A program made the position numbers and the translations under genes. Below the pieces are notes generated by a model. That model ran no database searches. It saw only the letters and a program-made list of their open reading frames with translations, and was not told where the DNA came from. From NCBI GenBank assembly GCA_035267785.1, contig DATFLL010000075.1, positions 41,579 through 105,578 of the forward strand: a DNA stretch of 64,000 nucleotides, given 5' to 3'. The stretch comes from Gammaproteobacteria bacterium (GTDB lineage Bacteria > Pseudomonadota > Gammaproteobacteria > DATFLL01). Shown here one piece after another: positions 9,021 through 20,347 of the stretch. The stretch's first letter is position 1, and the number at the start of each line of letters is the position of its first letter.

Positions 9021-11666
9021 GTGCGCCGCCAAGGCCCGGGTAAGGGGGGAGCCGTCTGCGAGGGCGGCGCCGACACTCGGCGTATCTGCCAGGGTGGCTG
9101 CGTCTCGACTCTGACGTTGGACGGTTCCATGGCCGGTTCACGCGTTATCCGATTCCTGACCCAGAGCCTGCGGGGGCGCTACCTCGCGGTGGCCATCTCG
9201 CTGGGGCTCATCACTCTCATCACCGCCTGGTCCATGGGCTGGTATGTTTCGCGTGCCAGCCGTTCGAGCACGGCCCATATCGAGCAGCGCTATCGCATCC
9301 TTCAGGAGAGTCGGGGCATCCGCGACGCTGTTTGGCAGGCGGATTTCGCGCTGCAGTCCTATGCTCTGTCGCCGGACAGCGACACGCGCGCCACGGTGCA
9401 CCGAGGCATCGCCGTCGCCATTCAGCGTGTCGAACGCCTGCGCCGCCAGCCCGACCTCGACGACCCGCGCGTGCGCCAAGAGCTTCGTGTGCTCAGGAGC
9501 GAGCTGCAGAAGTTCGACAGTCAGGCGGCGGCGCTCATGCAGACGCGTGTGGATGTGGACGAGCTGTTTCCGGCCATAGGACTGGCCCGAACTTCCATGC
9601 TGCCCAAGCAGATCGGTTTCTATACGGCTGCGAACTTGGCAATGCGCGAGGCGGCCGAGGAGCACGGCCGTGACTCCGCCGACTATCGTCTATTCGAGGC
9701 GGCTCGTTATACCTGGTCGCAGATGATCGCGGCCTACCGCTTGTATCTCATCAATCGACTCGCCTCGCTGGGCGAGGTTAGGTTGACCAATCAGGCCGAG
9801 GACGTCGAACAGCTGTACGCGGTCGTCCAGGACAGGCTGGTGGCACTGCAGCGACTGAAGGCGCGCGGGCGTTTGGGTCTGCAGGGCTCGCAATCGCTGG
9901 AGGAAATGCAGGACCAGGCCGCCGAGTGGCAGCAGGATTTCACCACAGTGGTTGACATCGCGCGTTCGGACCGTTGGCGCACCGACATTCCCTTGTTCCG
10001 GCGTTCGATCGAGCCGCTGCTCGGTTCGATCTGGGAGCACCTGCAGGTCATCGATGAGCACTTGATGGGCGCGGCCGCCGCAGACGTGTCTCGCCTGGCT
10101 GAGGTGGCTGCGTCCATCAGTCACGCATTGTGGGTACTCAGTGGCGTGGCCATGCTGGTAATTGTCTTCGGATTTCGCCACTTCGAGCGTCGGGTACTGC
10201 GCCCGATGACCCAGGTCGCTAGAGCGCTGAAGAACGAGGCCATGGGTCGGTCCGACTTCGATTTGCCCACGCTGCCCGCGGTCAAGACCTGGGAGACGCA
10301 GAACCTGATCGATGCCTTCTCCGAGATGCGTCGCCAGGTGCATTCGCGTCAGCGCGAGCTCGAGCACCAGGCCCTACACGACGCATTGACCAACCTGCCC
10401 AATCGTACGCTGCTGCAGGACCGTCTACAGCAGAGCGTGGTCGTCGCCCAGCGCGAGGGTACCAGCACCGCGCTGCTGATCATGGACCTGGATCGCTTCA
10501 AGGAAATCAACGACACACTCGGCCATCATGTGGGCGACCTCGTGCTGCAGCAGGTCGGCGCCCGTTTGACCGAACTGCTGCGCGAAAGCGACACGGTCGC
10601 GCGCCTCGGCGGCGATGAATTTGCGATCCTGCTGCCCGGAGGCGGCGAAGAGGGTGCCGAGAGGATAGCCCGAAAGACATTGAATGCCCTGGAACGGGTA
10701 TTGCGCGTGGCGCACCACAATCTTTACGTCGGTGGGAGCATCGGCATCGCCCTGTCACCCGAACACGGCACCGATGTCCAGACACTGATGCAGCGCGCCG
10801 ATGTGGCGATGTATGTCGCCAAACGGAAGAACGTCGGTTACAGCGTCTATTCCAGCGCCCAGGACCAATACAGCGTCGGGCGTCTGGCGCTGGTCAGTGA
10901 GCTTCGCAGCGCCATCAATACCGATCAGTTGGAACTGCACTATCAGCCCAAACTCGACGTCAAGACCGGCCGCATGGTCGGTGTCGAGGCCCTGCTGCGC
11001 TGGGATCATCCGGTACGCGGCAACATTACGCCCGAGGAGATCATTCCCGTTGCCGAGCAGACCGGGCTCATCAAGCTCCTCACGCTCTGGGTACTCGAAC
11101 GGGCAATCCGGCAAACCGCTGAGTGGCGCCGTCGGGGACTGGACATTCACGTGGCGGTCAACCTGTCGGTGTGGAACCTCCACGACCCGGACCTCGAGCG
11201 CCAGATCGCCCACAGCCTGGATCAATGGGAGCTGCCTCCCGAGCGCCTCGTGCTGGAGATCACCGAAAGTGCGACCATGGCCGATCCCCATCATGCCCTG
11301 GAAACGCTGCTGCGCTTGGATGCCATGGGGATGCGCCTGTCCATCGACGACTTCGGCACCGGATTTTCATCCCTGGCCTATCTGAAAAAATTTCCCGTCG
11401 ACGAGCTCAAGATAGACAAGTCGTTCGTCATCGACACGTTCGTCGACGAAAACGATGCGGTCATCGTCCGCTCGACCATCGATCTTGCCCACAACCTGGG
11501 CCTGGAAGTGGTCGCCGAAGGGGTGGAGGAAAAGGACGTCTTCGACATGTTGTACGTCCTGGGCTGTGATATCGCCCAAGGACATTATTTCAGCCGGCCG
11601 CTGGCGCCGGCCGAGCTGTTTGAATGGGCGGCACGCCTCGGCGTTACAGGTGTGGAAGCCTATTGA
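9021..11666 (+). CDS. Membrane-anchored sensory diguanylate cyclase/phosphodiesterase (N-terminal sensor domain, TM segments, GGDEF + EAL)
   Basis: GGDEF motif RLGGDEFAILL and EAL motif EALLRWDHP with ELKIDKSFV. GTG at 9021 is preceded by AGGAGG at 5 nt. An alternative ATG at 9129 (MAGSRVIRFL) lies just before the first TM helix. Confidence 0.85.
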   Translation: MRRQGPGKGGAVCEGGADTRRICQGGCVSTLTLDGSMAGSRVIRFLTQSLRGRYLAVAISLGLITLITAWSMGWYVSRASRSSTAHIEQRYRILQESRGIRDAVWQADFALQSYALSPDSDTRATVHRGIAVAIQRVERLRRQPDLDDPRVRQELRVLRSELQKFDSQAAALMQTRVDVDELFPAIGLARTSMLPKQIGFYTAANLAMREAAEEHGRDSADYRLFEAARYTWSQMIAAYRLYLINRLASLGEVRLTNQAEDVEQLYAVVQDRLVALQRLKARGRLGLQGSQSLEEMQDQAAEWQQDFTTVVDIARSDRWRTDIPLFRRSIEPLLGSIWEHLQVIDEHLMGAAAADVSRLAEVAASISHALWVLSGVAMLVIVFGFRHFERRVLRPMTQVARALKNEAMGRSDFDLPTLPAVKTWETQNLIDAFSEMRRQVHSRQRELEHQALHDALTNLPNRTLLQDRLQQSVVVAQREGTSTALLIMDLDRFKEINDTLGHHVGDLVLQQVGARLTELLRESDTVARLGGDEFAILLPGGGEEGAERIARKTLNALERVLRVAHHNLYVGGSIGIALSPEHGTDVQTLMQRADVAMYVAKRKNVGYSVYSSAQDQYSVGRLALVSELRSAINTDQLELHYQPKLDVKTGRMVGVEALLRWDHPVRGNITPEEIIPVAEQTGLIKLLTLWVLERAIRQTAEWRRRGLDIHVAVNLSVWNLHDPDLERQIAHSLDQWELPPERLVLEITESATMADPHHALETLLRLDAMGMRLSIDDFGTGFSSLAYLKKFPVDELKIDKSFVIDTFVDENDAVIVRSTIDLAHNLGLEVVAEGVEEKDVFDMLYVLGCDIAQGHYFSRPLAPAELFEWAARLGVTGVEAY

Positions 11667-11687
11667 GCGCCGGTTGGCGCCAGCGGC

Positions 11688-12953
<1,266 letters not shown>

Positions 12954-13155
12954 GGGGGCCGACACCTTGGAAACGAGACCTCGATGGGATATTCGGATTG
13001 AGGCGATAACGCAGAATGATACCATATCGTCCCCGCACACACCGACCGATTCCGTCTTCGGTCAGGGTGGGCCCGCAAAGTCCGTATAATGGGTGGGATA
13101 TTGCCGGGAGCCTTCGCGCCGGCAGCACCGACGACCACAGAACGAGAGGAATTTC

Positions 13156-14025
13156 ATGGGCAAGCACGCGCAACGCAAGCTGGACAAGCAGTCGGAGCCG
13201 GGCCTTTCGGCCACCCAGGCTGAACGGGCCGACCGTCACCATCTCTACCAGGAGGCGGTGCAGGCGGCCGAGACCGAGGTCGACTTCATGATCGATACGT
13301 ATCGATCGCTGCGCGGGCGCGAGCCTCTCGTGCTGCGGGAAGATTTCTGCGGCACCGCCCTGCTGGCCGCCCAATGGTGCCGCACCGACCCGCAGCGCAC
13401 CGCGCTGGGCGTCGATTTCTGCCCCGAAACCCTTGCCTGGGGCCGCGAGCACAATATCGAGCCGGCGGGCGAGGACGTGGCGAAACGTCTGACGCTGGTC
13501 GAAGCGGATGTGCGCACCGACTCCGATATCAAGGCGGACGTGACCTGTGCGTTCAATTTCAGCTACTGCACCTTCAAGACCCGCGACGAGCTTCGCCATT
13601 ATTTCGAGACCGCGCGCGCTGGCCTGAAGGAGGACGGCATGCTGATGCTCGATCTGTTCGGCGGCACCGAAAGCTACGACACGCTCAAGGAGGAGACCAA
13701 GCTCAAGGGCCAGAAGGCGACCTACATCTGGGAGCACGCCAGCTTCAATCCCATCGACCACCGCATGACCTGCCACATCCACTTCCGCTTCAAGGACGGC
13801 TCGCGCATGGATAAGGCCTTCACGTACGAGTGGCGACTGTGGACGATGCCGGAGGTGCGCGAGTTGCTCGAGGAGGCGGGTTTCAGCAAGGTGCGGGTCT
13901 ATTGGGAGCGCTTCGAGGACAGCGACGACGATGACGAATACCTCGAGGGTACGGGCGAGTATTACGAGGTCACCGAAGTCGAGAACCAGGAGTCCTGGAT
14001 GAGCTATATCGTCGCCGAGGTCTGA
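13156..14025 (+). CDS. Class I SAM-dependent methyltransferase
   Basis: LREDFCGTALLAAQWC and LDLFGGTESYD point to a Rossmann methyltransferase fold. Acidic C-terminal tail. RBS GAGAGGA. Confidence 0.75.
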   Translation: MGKHAQRKLDKQSEPGLSATQAERADRHHLYQEAVQAAETEVDFMIDTYRSLRGREPLVLREDFCGTALLAAQWCRTDPQRTALGVDFCPETLAWGREHNIEPAGEDVAKRLTLVEADVRTDSDIKADVTCAFNFSYCTFKTRDELRHYFETARAGLKEDGMLMLDLFGGTESYDTLKEETKLKGQKATYIWEHASFNPIDHRMTCHIHFRFKDGSRMDKAFTYEWRLWTMPEVRELLEEAGFSKVRVYWERFEDSDDDDEYLEGTGEYYEVTEVENQESWMSYIVAEV

Positions 14026-14072
14026 GGCTCCGCGGTCGTGCCGGCCGCCCGGCCGCAACGCGCGTCATCAGG

Positions 14073-14774
14073 CTACGAGGCGCCGCGCGGTACCGGGTGG
14101 TACGGCGTGTGTCGGATTCGATCGTGGGTGTGCATCCGGTATTCGACGAAGTCCTCGACCTGGTCGAAGTGCATGAAGGGATTTCCGTCGGCCTGTTCTG
14201 CCAGGGTGGAGACCGGTTTCTCCGCGTAGTTGTGGCCCGGGTGGATCACCGTGTCGTCGGGCAGCTCGCTGCCGAGCCGGCGCAGCGTGTCGTACATCTG
14301 TTCGGGGTCGCCGCCGCTCAGGTCGCAGCGCCCGCAGCCGAACACGAACAGCGTATCGCCGGTGATGAGCTGGCCGCCCAGGTGGTAGCAGGCCGAGCCC
14401 GGCGTGTGTCCGGGCGTGTGCAGGACCTGGATTTCGGTCTCTCCCAGCTCGATGACGTCGCCGCCGTGGTGCAGCGTCGGCAGCTCCAGATAATGTCCCC
14501 AGAACTTCGCCTCGGGCTTGAGCAGGTGTAACTGCGCATCGTACTCGGCCAACACGTCCTCGATGCCGTTGATGTGGTCGTGGTGGCTGTGCGTGAGCAG
14601 GATGTCGCTGATGCGCACGCCGCGAGTGCGCGCGAGCTCCAGGACCTTGTCCACCTCCCACGCGGGGTCGACCACCGCGGCGCGGCCGCTGGCATGGTCC
14701 TGAATTAAATAGACGAAATTCTCCATGGGGCCCAGCTCCAGGGCCTCGATGGTGAAGGGGGTGGTATCGGCCAT
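14073..14774 (-). CDS. MBL-fold metallo-hydrolase (hydroxyacylglutathione hydrolase/GloB-like)
   Basis: THSHHDHINGIED ... HTPGHTPGSACYH matches the metallo-beta-lactamase HxHxDH and downstream His motifs. Confidence 0.8.
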   Translation of the reverse strand: MADTTPFTIEALELGPMENFVYLIQDHASGRAAVVDPAWEVDKVLELARTRGVRISDILLTHSHHDHINGIEDVLAEYDAQLHLLKPEAKFWGHYLELPTLHHGGDVIELGETEIQVLHTPGHTPGSACYHLGGQLITGDTLFVFGCGRCDLSGGDPEQMYDTLRRLGSELPDDTVIHPGHNYAEKPVSTLAEQADGNPFMHFDQVEDFVEYRMHTHDRIRHTPYHPVPRGAS

Positions 14775-14813
14775 GGCGGTGTGCCTCCTTCAATGAAGCC
14801 GGATGCGTGACGT

Positions 14814-15515
14814 TCAGCCGAGCGCCTCGATCCAGCGCGTGTACAGGGCGTCGGCGGCGCGGCGCGACGCCACGATGCGCTCGTCCAGGCGGCTTTGTAT
14901 CTGTTCGGCACTCTGGACGGTCGGCGCAGGGTCGTCAAGCTCGTCGGCGTAGAGGTGCGACCATTCGCTGACCATGGGTGCGGTCATCTCGACGTGGCAC
15001 TGCAGGGCGAGGATGTTGTCGAGCACGAAGCCCTGGTGCTCGCAGGCCTCGCTGCGCAGGATATTCGCCGCACCGTCGGGCAGGCTGAAGGTCTCGCCGT
15101 GCCAATGGAAGACCTCGAAGGCCGGCGGCAGTCCGTTCAGCCAGTCACGGGCCGGTGCGCCATCCACGCGCTCGACCGGCAGCCAGCCGATCTCGCGCTG
15201 GCCGTTGGGCCCCACCTGGCCCCCCAAGGCCTTGGCAATGAGCTGGCCGCCCAGGCAGTGACCGAGCACCGGCCGGCCGGCATCGGCGGCACGGCATATC
15301 AGGGCGAACTCCCGCTGCACCCAGGGCAGGGGATCGTTCACGCTCATAGGGCCGCCCATGAAGATGAGCCCCGGAGCGTCGCCGAGTTCGGCGGGCACCG
15401 GCTCGCCCTGATCGACGGCGACGATCCGGTAGGCAACATCGTGACGTTCGAGAAACTCGCCCAGGTAGCCGGGGCCCTCGCAGGCGACGTGGCGAAAGAT
15501 GAGCAGGGGACCCAT
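14814..15515 (-). CDS. Class I glutamine amidotransferase-like protein (GMP synthase N-domain-like)
   Basis: GHCLGGQLIAKALGG is a catalytic Cys elbow. FMGGPMSVND and HWHGETF are typical of GATase1. Confidence 0.75.
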   Translation of the reverse strand: MGPLLIFRHVACEGPGYLGEFLERHDVAYRIVAVDQGEPVPAELGDAPGLIFMGGPMSVNDPLPWVQREFALICRAADAGRPVLGHCLGGQLIAKALGGQVGPNGQREIGWLPVERVDGAPARDWLNGLPPAFEVFHWHGETFSLPDGAANILRSEACEHQGFVLDNILALQCHVEMTAPMVSEWSHLYADELDDPAPTVQSAEQIQSRLDERIVASRRAADALYTRWIEALG

Positions 15516-15533
15516 GAGGCGGGCGCGCGTCGC

Positions 15534-16616
15534 TCAGGCGTTGCCGCTGCCCAGGACCTGGGCCTGTTGATCGCGGGCGAAGTCCAGCATGCGCTGCACC
15601 GAGACCAGGGCACGTCGGCGGATGGACTCTTCGACGTGAATCTCGTTGGCGCCCGTCTCCAGCGTCTCGGCGAGGTTGCGCAGGCCGTTCATGGCCATCC
15701 ACGGGCAGTGCGCGCAGCTGCGACAGGTCGCGCCGACGCCGCCGGTCGGTGCCTCGATGAAGGTCTTGTCGGGGGCGGCCTGTTTCATCTTGTAAAAGAT
15801 GCCGTTGTCGGTGGCCACGATGAACGTCGGCGCATCGAGCTCGGTGACGGCCTTGATGAGCTGCGTGGTGGAACCGACGACGTCGGCCATATCGATGACA
15901 TCGCCCGGGGACTCGGGATGGACGAGCACCGCGGCTTCCGGATGCTGGGTCTTTAGCTTGGCCAACTCGCGGGCCTTGAACTCGTCGTGGACGATGCACG
16001 AGCCTTGCCACAGCAGCATGTCGGCACCAGTGGCCTTTTGGATGTAGCCGCCGAGGAACCGATCCGGGGCCCAGAGGATCTTCTCGCCGCGCTCGGATAG
16101 ATAGCGCGCGACCTTGAGCGCGATGCTCGAGGTGACCACCCAGTCCGCGCGGGCCTTTACCGCCGCGCTGGTGTTGGCGTACACGACCACGGTGCGATCC
16201 GGGTTGGCGTCACAAAAGGCGCCGAAGGCATCGGCGGGGCAGCTCAGGTCGAGCGAGCACTCGGCCTCGAGGGTGGGCATCAGCACCCGTTTTTCGGGAT
16301 TGAGGATCTTGGCGGTCTCGCCCATGAAGCGCACGCCCGCGACCACGAGGGTGCTGGCCGGATGCTCATTGCCGAAGCGTGCCATATCGAGGGAGTCGGA
16401 GACGTAGCCGCCCGTCTCTTCGGCCAGCATCTGCAGGTCCGCGTCGACATAATAGTGCGCAACGAGGGCAGCATCCTGCTCCTTGAGCAGGCGTTTTATG
16501 CGGCCAATCAGGGCCTCGCGCTCTTCGCCCGTGACCGGGGCAGGGCGCTGGGCATGCCATGCACGGTCGCGGATGGCCGCCTCGTCGACGGCGGGAATGG
16601 ATGCAGCCACACTCAT
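15534..16616 (-). CDS. nadA: Quinolinate synthase A
   Basis: [32 protein letters not shown] ... [12 protein letters not shown] ... CIVHDEF ... [22 protein letters not shown] before the ATG at 16616. Confidence 0.9.
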   Translation of the reverse strand: MSVAASIPAVDEAAIRDRAWHAQRPAPVTGEEREALIGRIKRLLKEQDAALVAHYYVDADLQMLAEETGGYVSDSLDMARFGNEHPASTLVVAGVRFMGETAKILNPEKRVLMPTLEAECSLDLSCPADAFGAFCDANPDRTVVVYANTSAAVKARADWVVTSSIALKVARYLSERGEKILWAPDRFLGGYIQKATGADMLLWQGSCIVHDEFKARELAKLKTQHPEAAVLVHPESPGDVIDMADVVGSTTQLIKAVTELDAPTFIVATDNGIFYKMKQAAPDKTFIEAPTGGVGATCRSCAHCPWMAMNGLRNLAETLETGANEIHVEESIRRRALVSVQRMLDFARDQQAQVLGSGNA

Positions 16617-16907
16617 CAGATACCTCCCCGGTCCATTGCCCGACCCTTCGTCGGCGGAGCCGGCTCGTGTATTGCAAGAAAAGATATCTAGCTTAGCCAA
16701 TTATGATTGGTGCCGGAAGGGCCAATTCCAAGCCCCGCGCGGTCCCTGACGGGCGGCCCCCGGCGGCGCGGCGCCCCTTCGGGGCAGCGGCGGCATGCTA
16801 TAGTCGCCTATAAAGGGGTGTGGGGCCCGCGACGGTCGCGGCCGACCGCCCGCCGGCCCGTGGCTTGGTGGCGCGTCCTGACCGGGATGCGGCGCGGAGA
16901 GGCGACG

Positions 16908-17834
16908 ATGGGGACCTTGAGCTACAGCGTCGGCGATAAAGAACACAAGGTGCTGTGCAACAGCGTCTTGACCATCGGCCGTGACAAGAGCAACGACGTG
17001 GTGTTGAGCGATCTGATGGTCTCGCGCAACCATGCGGTCATCCGCCGCCTGGGCGATGGCGAGTATTATCTCATCGACAGCGGCAGCTCCAACGGCAGTC
17101 GCCTCAACGACCAACGCGTCGCCGCCCCGACCCGCCTGAGCGATGGCGATACCATCTGCATCGGTCGCACTTGTTTCGTGTTCAAGCAGGACGCCACACC
17201 ACGCCAGTACATCGATTCCCTCTCCTTTCAAGAGACGATTATCCTCGACAGCCCAGAGATCAAGGACATCACAATCCTCGTGGCCGACATTCGGGGGTTC
17301 ACCTCCCTGTCCGAGCAGGTGCCGATTCAGACACTCACCAAAATGATGAGCAAATGGTTTCACGACGTGAGCAACGTTATCTACAAGAACGATGGCGCGG
17401 TGGATAAATTTATCGGCGACTGCGTCTTTGCGCGTTGGGAGGCCGAGCAGGTACCGCGTAACGTCCTCAAGGCCATGAAGACGGCATGGCTAATCGGCGC
17501 GCTCACCGAGCGCCTGTCCGCCCACTTTCCCGAGCTTCCCGGCAAGCTGCGCATCGGCGTGGGTATCAACACGGGCAAGGCCTCGGTGGGAATCGGCGCG
17601 GACAACACGGCCCTGGGTGACGCGGTCAACACCGCCTTCCGGTTGGAGAGCGCGACGAAGGCCATCGGCACCGATGTGGTGATGAGCGCGAGCTCCTATA
17701 AACACCTGCCGGAACAGTTCTGGAAGGACAACGAGAGACGGGTGCGCCTGCGCGGGAAGAAGGAGCCCATGCGCGTCTGTGCGCTGAGCTTCCCCCAGCT
17801 CGAGGCGGTCTTGCAATCGGTGCGTATCGCCTGA
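16908..17834 (+). CDS. FHA domain fused to a class III adenylate/guanylate cyclase domain
   Basis: N-terminal FHA reads TIGRDKSNDVVLSDLMVSRNHAVI...YYLIDSGSSNGSRLN. C-terminal cyclase reads ILVADIRGFTSLSE ... DKFIGDCVFARWE ... LRIGVGINTGKASVG. RBS GGAGA. Confidence 0.8.
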   Translation: MGTLSYSVGDKEHKVLCNSVLTIGRDKSNDVVLSDLMVSRNHAVIRRLGDGEYYLIDSGSSNGSRLNDQRVAAPTRLSDGDTICIGRTCFVFKQDATPRQYIDSLSFQETIILDSPEIKDITILVADIRGFTSLSEQVPIQTLTKMMSKWFHDVSNVIYKNDGAVDKFIGDCVFARWEAEQVPRNVLKAMKTAWLIGALTERLSAHFPELPGKLRIGVGINTGKASVGIGADNTALGDAVNTAFRLESATKAIGTDVVMSASSYKHLPEQFWKDNERRVRLRGKKEPMRVCALSFPQLEAVLQSVRIA

Positions 17835-17868
17835 CTCCCCCGGAGCCCGGCCAATGCGCCGGGACGTT

Positions 17869-18300
17869 TCAGGAGGATGCCGGCGGTTCGTGGTCGTCGT
17901 GGGATTGCAGCAGCGTGATTTCCTGCAGCAGGGCCTCCATGTCCAGCTTGATGCGGTTGGCGATACGGGCGGCTTGATCGGCCTGCTCCCAGTCGTTGGA
18001 TTCGGGGTCCCCGCTGCGCATCACATTCTGGCCGCGGGCGGCGATGGCGGCCTCGTGGTCGGGAATGAACTGGCCGAGAAAGACGTAACCCTGGATCAAC
18101 CCGTCGCGCAGGCGTTCATCGCCGTCGCCCAGCTCCCAGAGCAGCAGTTGGATCGCCTCTTTGATCGTGTCGCGGTCGTGGGGAAGCAGTGATACCGGCA
18201 GTCCCGAGACCGAAGGTTCCACCTCGGAGAGTACGGCGCCGTAGTCGGTGAGAACCTTCTCCGCTGCCCTGACTCTCGCCTCGTATTGCGCCTCGTCCAC
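17869..18300 (-). CDS. Hypothetical protein (143 aa)
   Basis: ORF MDEAQYEARVRAAEKVLTDYGAVLSEV... with coding-like composition. No recognisable motifs. Confidence 0.45.
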   Translation of the reverse strand: MDEAQYEARVRAAEKVLTDYGAVLSEVEPSVSGLPVSLLPHDRDTIKEAIQLLLWELGDGDERLRDGLIQGYVFLGQFIPDHEAAIAARGQNVMRSGDPESNDWEQADQAARIANRIKLDMEALLQEITLLQSHDDHEPPASS

Positions 18301-18398
18301 GGTCTGTCCCCCCTGCAGGTCAATTCCATTATAGGGCAGTGTGCGAGCGTGCGCGCGCCGAGCTGACCCCCGGCGGGTTTCAACGCCGAGGCTTGAGC

Positions 18399-18989
18399 TC
18401 AGTGCGTCCGCGGCAGCAGCCCACCGCCAGGCGCTGCGGCCGGACCAGGGGCGCTCGGGTTCAGGTAGTGTTGCAGGTCGGGCAGGTGATGGCCGTAAAA
18501 CCGAATCACGCCTTGTGGAGAGACCAGGACGATGGTGGGGGTGCCAATGACGCCATAGGCCTTGACGAGCGAGGGCTTCCGGGCGTCGTCGTTGAGTACC
18601 AGATAGTCGATGTCGTGATCTTCGACGTAGGCCTGAACGTCGGGTCGGTCCTCATAGCCGATGTCGATGGCCGCCAGGGTCAGCCCCTGATCGCGATAAC
18701 GCTCGTCGATCGCCTTGAAGTCCGGGATCAGGGCCTGGCAGAACGGACAATGCGTCGACCAAAACACCAGCAGCACGTAGCCCTGTTCGCGTAGCCCGTG
18801 CAGACTGTGGACCGTGCCGTCGAGCGCATCGAGCGTGAAGTCCGGCGCCACTGTGCCGATGCGTTGTCCGGGGAAGGAGGATTGCCGGGCGTCGCGGGCG
18901 GTGTCATCGGGTGTCGCAGCCAGCCCGGGCGGGGCCGCCAGGGCGAGCAGTACGACGAATATTGCTATTTGGTTCACAATACGGGACAT
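18399..18989 (-). CDS. Secreted thioredoxin-fold thiol-disulfide oxidoreductase (TlpA/redoxin family)
   Basis: Signal peptide MSRIVNQIAIFVVLLALAAPPGLAA. Active site FWSTHCPFCQ (CxxC). Confidence 0.8.
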   Translation of the reverse strand: MSRIVNQIAIFVVLLALAAPPGLAATPDDTARDARQSSFPGQRIGTVAPDFTLDALDGTVHSLHGLREQGYVLLVFWSTHCPFCQALIPDFKAIDERYRDQGLTLAAIDIGYEDRPDVQAYVEDHDIDYLVLNDDARKPSLVKAYGVIGTPTIVLVSPQGVIRFYGHHLPDLQHYLNPSAPGPAAAPGGGLLPRTH

Positions 18990-19121
18990 TTGGGCCTCCA
19001 CCCGGTACTGTCATTATTGCCAATGCGTGTGCCGCGCAGTATTGCCGACTCGGGACCTGTGTTAAAGTTCCGCGCGCTTGTGCCCAACGTTAGAGTGCCC
19101 GCCCAATCGGGCGCAGACAAA

Positions 19122-19874
19122 ATGACCGCAGAAATTGCCAATATAATAACGCTTCTCGGTGCGAAGGTCGTGCGCGTCGTCCCATGGCTGGGGCCGGCCG
19201 GAACCGCAACCTTCGCATTGCTGCTGCTTTGGCCGCGGATGCGCGGCAAGGTTCGTGAGCGGCGCATGCGCCGGGTCATCGAACGGTGCGGCCTCGATTT
19301 TGTCAAAGATGTCATGTTGCCCGATGGGATGGATGGCATTACTCACATCGATTATCTGCTGTTGCGGCCCGATACCATCGTCGTTGCCGACTTGAAGAGG
19401 TATCAGGGGATTCTGTTCGGTGCTGAGCACATCGACCAGTGGACGCAGCTCGTCGGTCAAAAAAGCTTCAAGTTCCCCAATCCGCTGTTCAAGAACGAGC
19501 TGGATGTGATGGCGGTGAAGGCCCAGGTGCCGGCGGCGCCGATTACCGGGCGCGTGATCTTCTCCGATGAAGGCAGTTTCCCCAAGGGTATCCCCGCCGG
19601 GGTTTCGATGCTCGGCACGTTGGCGCAGGATCTCGGCGTGAGCGGTTCGAGCGGCCAGGGTTCCGATGCCGCAGGCTCGGCGGCGCCCCGCGAGCCGTCG
19701 GCGGCGGTCGCCAGCGCGTGGCAGGCGCTGCGCAGCGCGCTGGCGCAGGCCAGCGCCGGCGGTGCGAGGGAGCGCGGGCGCGGCGGTGGCAGCGGCATTG
19801 TCATGGCCTCGCTGCTCCTGGCGCTCTCTTGTGCCTGGGCGCTGTGGATGCTGCGCGCCACGCTGTTCGGATAG
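19122..19874 (+). CDS. NERD (nuclease-related domain) protein with C-terminal membrane anchor
   Basis: MTAEIANIITLLGAKVVRVVPWLGPAGTATFALLLLWPRM, then NERD-type core HIDYLLLRPDTIVVADLKRYQGILFG..QW, a Ser/Gly/Ala linker, and a terminal helix IVMASLLLALSCAWALWML. Confidence 0.65.
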   Translation: MTAEIANIITLLGAKVVRVVPWLGPAGTATFALLLLWPRMRGKVRERRMRRVIERCGLDFVKDVMLPDGMDGITHIDYLLLRPDTIVVADLKRYQGILFGAEHIDQWTQLVGQKSFKFPNPLFKNELDVMAVKAQVPAAPITGRVIFSDEGSFPKGIPAGVSMLGTLAQDLGVSGSSGQGSDAAGSAAPREPSAAVASAWQALRSALAQASAGGARERGRGGGSGIVMASLLLALSCAWALWMLRATLFG

Positions 19875-19882
19875 GCACGACC

Positions 19883-20347
19883 ATGCTCGATTCGCTTCAA
19901 AAGCTCTTCGATCGGTATCTCGACCCTCAGGCCCCCGGCGGCGAGCGTGAGCGCCAGCAGGCGCTGCAGGTTGCCGCCGCGGCGCTGCTCATCGAAGTGA
20001 TGCAGGCGGACTATGATGTCAGTGATGACGAGCGCAGGGCGGTCACCCGCGCCGTTCGTCAGACGTTCCGCCTGTCCGAGGCGGAGGCCGGCGAGCTGAT
20101 ACACCGCGCCGAAAGCGAGGCGATGAACGCGACATCCCTCTATCAGTTCACCTCGCTCATCAACGATCGGTTCTCCTACTCGGACAAGGCCGACGTCATC
20201 GAGCAGATGTGGCAGGTGGCCTATGCCGACGGCGAGCTCGACAAATACGAAGAACACCTGATCCGCAAGGTCGCCGACTTGATTTACGTCTCCCACAGCG
20301 ATTTCATTCGCGCCAAGCTCAGGGCAGCGGGCGAGGAGGGCGCCTGA
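19883..20347 (+). CDS. TerB-family (tellurite-resistance TerB-like / DjlA N-domain-like) protein
   Basis: ALLIEVMQADYDVSDDERRAVTRAV ... DKADVIEQMWQVAYADGELDKYEEHLIRKVADLIYVSHSDF fits the TerB fold signature. Starts 9 nt after the NERD stop. Confidence 0.7.
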   Translation: MLDSLQKLFDRYLDPQAPGGERERQQALQVAAAALLIEVMQADYDVSDDERRAVTRAVRQTFRLSEAEAGELIHRAESEAMNATSLYQFTSLINDRFSYSDKADVIEQMWQVAYADGELDKYEEHLIRKVADLIYVSHSDFIRAKLRAAGEEGA

